From positions 301,458-325,457 of the forward strand of contig OY969929.1 in the NCBI GenBank assembly GCA_963704665.1: DNA of 24,000 nucleotides, written 5' to 3'. The position numbers were made by a program, and so were the translations under genes. This stretch comes from an uncultured Actinomycetota bacterium (GTDB lineage Bacteria; Actinomycetota; Actinomycetes; Propionibacteriales; Propionibacteriaceae). The notes beneath the pieces are model-generated. The model saw only the letters and a program-made list of their open reading frames with translations. It had not been told where the DNA came from and did no database searches. The stretch's first letter is position 1. Each line of letters opens with the position of its first letter. Shown here in pieces: positions 15,422 to 22,643 of the stretch.

Positions 15422-15696
15422 GGGGAGTCCTCGTCGCTGATGGTGGACAGGTACTCCCGCAGCCGATCGACGGACTGGGGGTCGACTCGTGAGACTCCTG
15501 ACCACCGGGACAGTGCCCGGTGCAACATCCGGTGTTCGGACAGGACGCGGGTGCACTTCTCGCAGGTCGCCAGGTGGACTTCGAGCCGCACGATTTCCCC
15601 GGGCGTGAGTGGGGCAGCCGGGTCGGCGTCGAGGTAGCGTTGGATGCGTCGTGCGGACCAGTGGCACGTCAGCATCTGACGCAGAGTCCCGATCAT
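15418..15696 (-). CDS. soluble zinc-binding anti-sigma factor (ZAS, RsrA/RshA-like; no TM segment)
   Basis: 92 aa. ATG 15694-15696 overlaps the sigma-factor stop (ATGA). H41-x3-C45-x2-C48 (HLATCEKC) plus Cys11 (LTCHW) parallel the RsrA C11/H37/C41/C44 arrangement. Confidence 0.8.
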   Translation of the reverse strand: MIGTLRQMLTCHWSARRIQRYLDADPAAPLTPGEIVRLEVHLATCEKCTRVLSEHRMLHRALSRWSGVSRVDPQSVDRLREYLSTISDEDSP

Positions 15697-16256
15697 GACG
15701 GATCTCCTTGAATGAGTGGGCTGGTTCGGAGCGACGTGCGGATGCGGTTCCGCGCACGACTGAGTCGTGACATCACGGTGCCGATGGGAACGCCCAACAG
15801 CGCGGCCGCTTCGGCATAGCTCAGGTCGTGGACGTCGACGAGGATGAGCGCGCTCCGGAAACGGGGATCCAGAGCACGGATCGCGAGGTCGAGATCGCCG
15901 TCGAGCTGGTGATCCACGAAGCTGTCTTCGGCGCTTTGCAGCTCTGGCTCTCCGAAGGCCGGTCGAGCGCTGCGGATGAGTTCCCAGTCGCCGACGGTTC
16001 CCGGTCGCCGGCGGCGGTGCAGGTTGGCATTGGTGTTGCGCAGGATGGTCAGCAGCCACGCCCGCGGATGTCGACCGTCGAAGCGATCGATCGCCCGGTA
16101 GGAACGCAGCAACGTCTCCTGCACGAGGTCCTCCGCGTCGGCCTTGTTCGTGGTGATCGACGAGGCCACGCGCAGAAGCACTTCGATCTCGGGCTCCACC
16201 AGCTGCCGGAAGGACTCTTTCCGGTCGGCGTCGACCGGTGGTGGGGAATCCGTCAC
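15693..16256 (-). CDS. ECF (sigma-70 family group 4) RNA polymerase sigma factor
   Basis: Region 2: DAEDLVQETLLRSYRAIDRFDGRHPRAWLLTILRN. Region 4: SYAEAAALLGVPIGTVMSRLSRARNRI. The start is placed at GTG 16254-16256 (187 aa). Alternatives are GTG 16335-16337 and ATG 16461-16463. Confidence 0.85.
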   Translation of the reverse strand: MTDSPPPVDADRKESFRQLVEPEIEVLLRVASSITTNKADAEDLVQETLLRSYRAIDRFDGRHPRAWLLTILRNTNANLHRRRRPGTVGDWELIRSARPAFGEPELQSAEDSFVDHQLDGDLDLAIRALDPRFRSALILVDVHDLSYAEAAALLGVPIGTVMSRLSRARNRIRTSLRTSPLIQGDPS

Positions 16257-16666
16257 GACGAGGAAACCCGCTGAGCGCGCGACGCGATTCCCGCGACGTA
16301 CGGCGGTGTTGAGTTCTGTGGATCCGACATCGGTCACCCTCCTGGCAGTGCGCTCTGCGGCTGGTCCGTCGCCGGTCCGAGACGCCACCTTTCCAGATGT
16401 CGGGCCCGACGTCGCGATGTGATCACTGCGCTGGTCCCGCGGAGAGCAGCCACCACCCGACATCGCCGAGTCCGGTACCCCCTCTTCCGTCGCTACCGCC
16501 GCGACGCCCACGCCCTGCCGCCTCCTCCGCCGGTCGGGCAGATCTGACGGATCGTTTTCCCTCCTTTGTGGACGCCGGGAAGGGATCAGGCTTGCCACCG
16601 GGTTTCCCTCCTGACGGTTCCGTCGAGGACCCGCCTTCACGACCAGCCGAGCCACCAGGAGTCCTC

Positions 16667-17134
16667 ATGCGCACACTCAGCCTTCCGTTCCTCGACCACT
16701 TCCGGGGCCTCGCGCCCCTGGTGCTCCGCCTGGGTGTCGGCCTGGTCTTCGCAGTCCACGGTTTCAGCAAGCTGACCAACGGACCCGCCCAGTTCTCCTC
16801 GATGTTGACCGGACTCGGGGTCGGAGCGCCTCTGGTCTTTGCCTGGCTCGTCACCATCGCCGAGCTCGTCGGCGGATTGCTGATCATCGTCGGGCTGTTG
16901 ACTCGGCTGGCGACCCTCCCCTTGATCGCCACCCTGGCCGGGGCCATCCTGCTGGTCAAGGTCGACGTGGGGATCATCGCTCCCATGGGCTCTCCCATGC
17001 CGGGGGCCGAGGTCGACATCGCGTTGCTCGCGGGTCTGGTTGCCTTGCTGTTCATGGGACCGGGTCGGCTCTCGATCGACCGCATGGTCGGCGTCGAAGC
17101 CCAAGCGGACCGCTCGTTTGCCGAAGCTCACTGA
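16667..17134 (+). CDS. DoxX family membrane protein
   Basis: ATG 16667 follows AGGAG (16657-16661). 155 aa with four hydrophobic helices and a DoxX-like N-terminus, LVLRLGVGLVFAVHGFSKL. Confidence 0.85.
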   Translation: MRTLSLPFLDHFRGLAPLVLRLGVGLVFAVHGFSKLTNGPAQFSSMLTGLGVGAPLVFAWLVTIAELVGGLLIIVGLLTRLATLPLIATLAGAILLVKVDVGIIAPMGSPMPGAEVDIALLAGLVALLFMGPGRLSIDRMVGVEAQADRSFAEAH

Positions 17135-17260
17135 TCAGAGTCATCGGTGCACGCCGAGGCTGGGACGCAACACAGCGCGCACGCAGCCCACTCCGCGCAC
17201 CTGCCGTAGCGACCTGCCCAGGATCAGTGATGACCCAGGCCCAACCCGTCCACCGCGAGC

Positions 17261-17794
17261 GTGGCGGTGATGCGGCGGCCCGGCTGCCCGTCCTGTACAG
17301 CTCTGCGGCGGGGCCTGAGCCGTGCCGGTGTGTCCACGACCGAGCACGACATCTGGTCTTCGAAGGCCGCCGCAGCTCGGGTGCGCAGAGCCACGGGCGG
17401 TAACGAGGCAGTTCTCACCGTCTTCGTGGGCGACCGGGCGCTGGAGAACCCGACCGTTCGTCCAGTGGTCGACGCGATCACGGGGGTCGATCCCGCGTAC
17501 CAGCCCTTTCTGGCGGCTGCGGGCCGGACACGAGCCGGCGACGCGAGGACTCATCTCGCAGGGCTCATCCGGACGCTGGTGATCGCGGTGTTGTGGACCA
17601 GGTCGTCGCCCGGAGCCCGGCAACCACCGGGCATGTTGCGCCGCTCCTCCTGTCGGCGGCGTGGCCATGGGTTGTTGGTCAAGACGCTTCATCCCCCGAT
17701 CCCTCCGCTCGACGGAGGATCGTGTTCGCCGCCATCATCGGCCTCGGGACCACCGGGGCGCTCACGGCGGCGTTGGCTGTGGCCGGTCGCCTGA
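17261..17794 (+). CDS. mycoredoxin/glutaredoxin-like protein (CPSC active site) with an anomalous ~100-aa C-terminal extension; 3' extent uncertain
   Basis: The first ~75 aa, AVMRRPGCPSCTALRRGL...DIW...AAARVRRATGGNEAVLTVFVGDRALENP, match the mycoredoxin/NrdH-like pattern. The remainder is low-complexity and overlaps a TM-rich alternative frame (17593 onward). Confidence 0.5.
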   Translation: MAVMRRPGCPSCTALRRGLSRAGVSTTEHDIWSSKAAAARVRRATGGNEAVLTVFVGDRALENPTVRPVVDAITGVDPAYQPFLAAAGRTRAGDARTHLAGLIRTLVIAVLWTRSSPGARQPPGMLRRSSCRRRGHGLLVKTLHPPIPPLDGGSCSPPSSASGPPGRSRRRWLWPVA

Positions 17795-18047
17795 GCGGAC
17801 CGACGTGGACGGGACCGGGACGTCCTGTGGCGCAGTCGCTCCTGCTTGCCCTGGTCGGCGCTGTCGTCGCCACGGCAAGGGGGAGTGACGCGCGCCGGTC
17901 AGGTGGTCCGAGACGAAGCCATCCGCTACCGACACCCGTCTCCGCTGGCCAGGCGCCCCAAGAGCTCGGGTCGCCTTCTGGAATGGGATCCATGTCGACT
18001 CACCTACTCGGAGTCGAGAACAGTTGCGCGCTGAGCCGTGGGAAGCC

Positions 18048-19124
18048 TTACATCTGGTACATCCTCAACCACCGCCGATCGATGGACCGCTTGAGTCGCA
18101 GGGGCCCGACTCCGTACCACCACCAGCGCCCCCACACCGCCAGCCCCATCCCGCCACCGAGATCGAGGATCGACAGCGAACGGCGTCGAGGCCGGTACGT
18201 CGGAAGAGCGTCACCCTTGAGTCGGGCGAGCAGGCTACGGAGCAGCACCGGTCCTTGCCGCACCCCATGCACTCCCACGCGAGGCAGCGGATGCGGAAGG
18301 AAGAGCGCGCAATCGCCTACTGCGTAGACGTCGTCGTGGTCGACATGTTGGAGCGTGGCCCGGACGGGGACACCGCGGGCATCGCCGAGTCCGGTCTCGG
18401 CGATCAGTGGGGGTGCCGTGAGCCCGGTCGCGAGCACGGCCATGTCATAGGACATCTCGAACGCGTCACCGACTAACGCACGCTCGCCGAGGTCACGCAC
18501 CATGGACCTGGTACGGACGTTCACGCCGCGTTCGGCGAGCAGCCGGAGAACCCGCTGACGCGCTCCTCCGGACAGTTCGGCACCGATGACGGTGCCGGAG
18601 TCGACCAGGCAGACTCGGGCCACGTCCGGTCGCACCGACAGGTGAGTCGCCAGCTCCAGACCGGATCCGCCACCACCGACTACGACCACCGTTGCACCGT
18701 TGCCGTTCACCGGACTCTGCAGCCGGGCGCCGACCTCGGCGAGATCACTCAACGGTTTCACCTTGAGGACAGCCGGATCGACGTGCATCCCCACCGGCGC
18801 AACCACACTACCGATGTTGATCGAGAGCACGTCGTAGGTCAGGTTCCCGCCGTCCGACGTGGTTGCGACCCGGGTCTGGAGATCGAGGGATTCCAGCGTG
18901 CCCTCGTGAAACTCGATCATCGACGCGTCGGCCAGGGCTCGCACATCGATACGTCCGGTATCGCCGGACAGCACGCCGGCGGCTGTCGCCGACGCGACCC
19001 CGCTGTAGTGGAAGAATCGAGGTGCCAGCAGATGAACCCGGTATCCAGCCGAGATCAGTTTCGCGGCCTGCTTCACCACGTACAGGTGGGCGTGACCAGC
19101 CCCGACCAAGAGCAGAACCGTCAT
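18048..19124 (-). CDS. FAD-dependent pyridine-nucleotide-disulfide oxidoreductase (NDH-2 / sulfide:quinone-oxidoreductase-like)
   Basis: 358 aa. The N-terminus VLLLVGAGHAHL is a GxGxxH-type FAD fold. A second dinucleotide site is VVVVGGGGSGLE. VYAVGDCA is present. The amphipathic, Trp-rich C-terminus (GRWWWYGV..WLRMYQM) suggests membrane association. Confidence 0.85.
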   Translation of the reverse strand: MTVLLLVGAGHAHLYVVKQAAKLISAGYRVHLLAPRFFHYSGVASATAAGVLSGDTGRIDVRALADASMIEFHEGTLESLDLQTRVATTSDGGNLTYDVLSINIGSVVAPVGMHVDPAVLKVKPLSDLAEVGARLQSPVNGNGATVVVVGGGGSGLELATHLSVRPDVARVCLVDSGTVIGAELSGGARQRVLRLLAERGVNVRTRSMVRDLGERALVGDAFEMSYDMAVLATGLTAPPLIAETGLGDARGVPVRATLQHVDHDDVYAVGDCALFLPHPLPRVGVHGVRQGPVLLRSLLARLKGDALPTYRPRRRSLSILDLGGGMGLAVWGRWWWYGVGPLRLKRSIDRRWLRMYQM

Positions 19125-19331
19125 TCGGCGACCTGGGGACGGTCAGTGAGCGAGAGAACTGGATCCTCGGCGAACCGCGGTGGAAAGAATTCATCGAACG
19201 CACCGTCATGGTGTCGTCCCGCCCTCCACCGCACCCGCGTCCGAACGCGGAAAACCGGGGTTGTCGAGTTGCCGGGCTGTGCGCAGGTGGTCATCAACCT
19301 GGGAAGAAGAGTCGAGCGCCTCACGTGCGGT

Positions 19332-19952
19332 CTACAGCCGCTCGGGGTCAGCTGGAGGTACCGCCGCGCTGAGCTGCAAGACCGTGTCGACGCTCCAGCC
19401 GTCCGCGGCGTTGCTGCCATAGCAGCAGTCCCGGATCCCGCCGTCGGGATCGAGGAGGAAGTCAGCGGGCAGCCCGAGATGATCACCGATGGTCAGTGAG
19501 CCCTGCAGCGAACGGTGCCCTACGACGCTGCGGACGTAGGTGGCGAGTGCCGCGGGGTGGAGCAGCGACCGCACGCTCGAGGTCACCTCGAATTCGGCGT
19601 ACCACCGCTCCTCCGGGTCGGGCACCGTCGGTAGCCCCAACTGGCGCTCATGCGTGCGCACCTGGGCTTCGGTGGACTTGAACACGACGAACTCAGTGAC
19701 CCCCGCCGCCTCGAGCTCCGCCCGGCGCTGGGTGAACGGCCGTAGGTGCTCCGCGCAGATCGGGCAGCCGGCGAAGCGACGCACCTGCAGGTGAGTGAGC
19801 CCGTCGGCCGCCGGGAACCGCAGCGGGCCTTCGGTCGTGTCGACCGTCCGGACGTCGACACGCTCCCCGACCAGCCTGGTCATGACGTGCTGCTCAGCAT
19901 CATGGGTCACACCGTAGTTCGGCCGGACGAGGACGCCCGACAGGTCAATCAC
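19332..19952 (-). CDS. peroxiredoxin-like (AhpC/TSA-redoxin fold) protein
   Basis: ..LQVRRFAGCPICAEHLRPF....GVTEFVVFKS....LPADFLLDPDGGI.. shows a thioredoxin-fold CxxC and a typical peroxiredoxin-like family layout. GTG 19950-19952 or ATG 19881-19883 could be the start. Confidence 0.7.
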   Translation of the reverse strand: MIDLSGVLVRPNYGVTHDAEQHVMTRLVGERVDVRTVDTTEGPLRFPAADGLTHLQVRRFAGCPICAEHLRPFTQRRAELEAAGVTEFVVFKSTEAQVRTHERQLGLPTVPDPEERWYAEFEVTSSVRSLLHPAALATYVRSVVGHRSLQGSLTIGDHLGLPADFLLDPDGGIRDCCYGSNAADGWSVDTVLQLSAAVPPADPERL

Positions 19953-19990
19953 GTCTCCGTGGGGTTTCCCCCGAATCGTGGGGGGTCTTC

Positions 19991-20792
19991 TCAGGCCGCG
20001 ACCGGTGGGCGGCCGGTCAGGTTCTCGTAGGCGATCGGGCTCACCACATGGGCGCTGCTGTGCCTGCGGGGGCGCAGGCCCAGCCGTCGCTCATCGTGCG
20101 GTGGAATCGTTCGATCTTGCCGTTGGCCTGGGGCCGGTAGGGCCGGGTCGGTTTGTGGGTGATCCGGAGCTCGGTGCAGGCATGGGACGTGTAGGCCGAT
20201 CCGTTGTCGGACAGCACCCGTTCCACGATGACCCCTTGGGCGGCGAACCAGGCGGTCGCCCGTTGGAGCACCCCGATCGCGGTGACGGCTTTCTCGTCAG
20301 TGCAGATTTCGGCGTAGCAACCCGGGAAGGGTCATCGATGACGGTGTGCACGTAGCTCGGTGCCGAATGTGGTGACCTCGACATGGATCGGCGGGGGATG
20401 GTCGTGCGCGTGGCGGCGTAGCGGCGCAGCGGTTCACCGGTGACCCGGTCGAGATGGGACAGCCGGGTCATCCGGCATCGGGTCAACACCGCATGGACCG
20501 TCGATGCCGCCACGCTGAGCCGGCCGGCGATCTGGACGGGGCCGAGCCGGTGCTGCCACCGCAGCCGCAGATCGTCAGCCGACCGTGGGGTCGGTCGAGC
20601 GTGCGGTCGTGAGGTCCGGTCGCCCAGTGGCGGCGGTCGGTGAAGGTCCGCACGTTTCGGGTCGACGACCAGCCGGGCCAGCCGCAGACGAGCACGTGGA
20701 GTCAGCTGAGCGTTTTAGCGTGGGTTATGGAGGCCTCCTGGTCGGCGAAGCGGTTCCTCGGACAGCTCCACTTCACCACCGGAGGCCTTCAT
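19991..20792 (-). pseudogene. IS481-family transposase relic (in-frame stop, frameshifts, internal deletions)
   Basis: Minus-strand fragments in different frames: ..HNPR*NAQLTPRARLRLARLVVD.., ..DRTSRPHARP..LRLRWQHRLGPVQIAGRLSVAASTVHAVLTRCRMTRLSHLDRVTGEPLRRY.., HAHDHPPPIHVEV.., and YVHTVIDD..YAEICTDEKAVTAIGVLQRATAWFAAQGVIVERVLSDNGSAYTSHA..THKPTRPYRPQANGKIERFHRTM.. (DDE core). The tail ..SPIAYENLTGRPPVAA* ends at 19991. Confidence 0.8.
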
Positions 20793-20845
20793 CTGTCAGA
20801 TCGACTCACCGCCGAAACGCGGTACCACCTCTCTGGCCATCGCAC

Positions 20846-21625
20846 TCAGCTGGCGAGGGCTAGGACCGCCTGGACGATCACGTAAGCAGCAACGGCGAAG
20901 ACGAGGTAGGCGAACCAGCGTCGCAACTTCTCGCTGGGTAGGTGCGGTGCGAGCCGTCCCGCGACGAGGGAGCTGAGGATGGCAGCGCCGGTGAAGGCGG
21001 CGGCCGTGGGTAGGTCGAGGTGGGCGTCGCCGAGATGGGCGGTGAAGCCGGCGGCGGAGTTGATGACGATGACCACGAGGGAGGTCGCTGTTGCGGTGAC
21101 CATGGGAAGGCCGAGGAGCAGGGTGAGTGCGGGGATGATGAGGAAGCCGCCGCCGACGCCGAAGAGTCCGGTCAGGAACCCCACGACAACACCCGACGCC
21201 GCGGCTTTGGGCAGGCAGCTGCGCCAGTTCACCCCACCTCCGGGGAGGGCGCAGGAGCCGCCGACGTCGTCGGAGCTTCGGAGCATCCGTACCGCGGTGA
21301 CCACCATGACCGCGGCGAAGCCGAGCAGCAGGACCGACGGGTCGAGAAGTCGGTTGACCGCGGTGCCGGCGAAGGCGGCGACGGCGCCGGAGGCGCCGAA
21401 GATGGCGGCGAGACGCCATTGCACCTGGCGCAGTCGGGGCAGCACGGCGGTGGCCGAGGAGATGCCGACCACCAGCAGGGAAGTCGGGACGGCCACGGAG
21501 AGGGGCTGTCCGACGCCGTAGACCAGGGCGGGGACGGCCAGGATGGAACCGCCCCCACCGAGAAGTCCGAGTAGCGCGCCGATGACGAGTCCGAGGACCA
21601 GGGCCACCAGCAGGGTGGTGATCAC
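20846..21625 (-). CDS. TauE/SafE (TSUP, DUF81) family sulfite/organosulfonate exporter
   Basis: GTG 21623-21625 overlaps the upstream stop (GTGA). 259 aa, multi-TM, with duplicated GGGxxxxP motifs (LLGGGGSILAVPAL and LFGVGGGFLIIPAL). Confidence 0.9.
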   Translation of the reverse strand: MITTLLVALVLGLVIGALLGLLGGGGSILAVPALVYGVGQPLSVAVPTSLLVVGISSATAVLPRLRQVQWRLAAIFGASGAVAAFAGTAVNRLLDPSVLLLGFAAVMVVTAVRMLRSSDDVGGSCALPGGGVNWRSCLPKAAASGVVVGFLTGLFGVGGGFLIIPALTLLLGLPMVTATATSLVVIVINSAAGFTAHLGDAHLDLPTAAAFTGAAILSSLVAGRLAPHLPSEKLRRWFAYLVFAVAAYVIVQAVLALAS

Positions 21626-22212
21626 GCCGCGGCCGGGTCGGGGGTCGGGAGCCGGTCGAGGAGTTGCTGTGCGTCGGCCTGAGTTCCGCGGTTGTGGGGG
21701 AGGGCTGAGAGCAGCCGGCCCATGGTGCAGGTGTCGGTGAGGGCGGAGGCGGTGAGGCCGGCGCCGATGCCGCCGGCGAGGAGGACCGACTTCGGCGCCC
21801 ACCGACTCGCGAGGACGCCGGCGAGGACGAGGCTCCCGGCGACGAGGCGGACCTGCCGCTCGAGCGACCATCGTGGTCGGCCGTGGATGACCTGGCCGCC
21901 GGCGGCGGTGAAGCCGGGGACGCCGGTCTTGAGGACGTGCAGGTTGTCCATGCCGGTGCCGGCGAGTCGTTGGCGGGCTTGGTCGGCGCGCGCGCCGGAC
22001 TGACAGACGAGGACGACCTTGCGGTCGAGTCGGGCGGCCAGCTGGGCGGCGTGCTCGCCGACCAGGTCGAGCGGCAGGTTGTAGGAGCCGGCGATGTGGG
22101 TGGTCTCGAACTCGGCGGGGCTGCGGACGTCGAGGACAGTGACGGCGTCGGCGTCGGTCATCCAGTCGATGACGGTGGCAGCGTCGACATCGGTGGGGGC
22201 AGAGGTGGGCAT
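21622..22212 (-). CDS. rhodanese domain fused to DUF2892 membrane domain (YgaP-like sulfurtransferase)
   Basis: ATG 22210-22212 is preceded by AAGGAG at 6-nt spacing. The rhodanese active-site loop is VCQSGARA. The C-terminus WSLERQVRLVAGSLVLAG...ALTDTCTMGRLLSALPHN is DUF2892-like. Confidence 0.85.
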   Translation of the reverse strand: MPTSAPTDVDAATVIDWMTDADAVTVLDVRSPAEFETTHIAGSYNLPLDLVGEHAAQLAARLDRKVVLVCQSGARADQARQRLAGTGMDNLHVLKTGVPGFTAAGGQVIHGRPRWSLERQVRLVAGSLVLAGVLASRWAPKSVLLAGGIGAGLTASALTDTCTMGRLLSALPHNRGTQADAQQLLDRLPTPDPAAA

Positions 22213-22277
22213 GGGGAACTCCTTGCGGTCGAGGGCGCCGGGATCAGGGATGGTGAGCTGCAGCGCTGCTGCGGGGG

Positions 22278-22643
22278 TCAGGTGACTCTGCCTGGCTTGC
22301 CGCCGTTGGTGATGACGGGCAGGCCGGCGGCGGCCCAGGCGTTCATGCCACCGGTCAGGTTGGTGGCCTGGTAGCCGTGGCGGGTGAGCGTGTCGGCAGC
22401 GATCGCGGAGCGTCGACCGGACCGGCAGACGGTGATGATCGGCCGGTCGGTGGGCAGGTCGTCGAGGTGGTCTTGGAGCTGGCTGAGGACGAGGTGACGG
22501 GCTTGGGGGGCGTGCCCGGCCTGCCACTCGGATGATTCGCGGACGTCGAGCAGCACGGCCCCGTGGCTGGCCACCGCCTGATGAGCCCGGGCGGCGGTCA
22601 TGGTCGCGGGTCGGGTGAACAGGGCGAGGAGTTTGCGGATCAT
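22278..22643 (-). CDS. single-domain rhodanese (GlpE/PspE-like sulfurtransferase)
   Basis: ATG 22641-22643 overlaps the upstream stop (ATGA). 121 aa. LLDVRESSEWQAGHAP and the active-site loop TVCRSGRRS are present. Confidence 0.85.
   Translation of the reverse strand: MIRKLLALFTRPATMTAARAHQAVASHGAVLLDVRESSEWQAGHAPQARHLVLSQLQDHLDDLPTDRPIITVCRSGRRSAIAADTLTRHGYQATNLTGGMNAWAAAGLPVITNGGKPGRVT

Noticed and set aside
16577-16621. ECF/SigR-like promoter candidates. One is GGAAG-N19-GTT (16578-16604, plus strand, upstream of DoxX). The other is GGAACC (revcomp of 16614-16619, upstream of the sigma operon).
   Set aside because: The spacing is off by one from the GGAAT-N18-GTT consensus in the first case. 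No -10 partner was found in the second. Such pentamers are frequent in GC-rich DNA, so these are not reported as features.
17593-18327. 244-aa plus-strand ORF taken at face value as a gene.
   Set aside because: Its last ~280 nt would overlap the convergent, well-supported oxidoreductase gene (18048-19124). Only the 17593-17880 portion looks coding. It is treated as part of the ambiguous mycoredoxin-region finding.
19121-19294. 57-codon minus-strand ORF (MTTCAQPGNST...DRPQVAE) whose TGA overlaps the ATG of the SQR-like gene (ATGA).
   Set aside because: Hand-counted GC3 over the C-terminal ~30 codons is only ~60 percent, against ~85 percent in real genes here. The ORF has an Arg-rich RVRTRVRWRAGR segment and no SD. 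It more likely reflects non-coding spacer.
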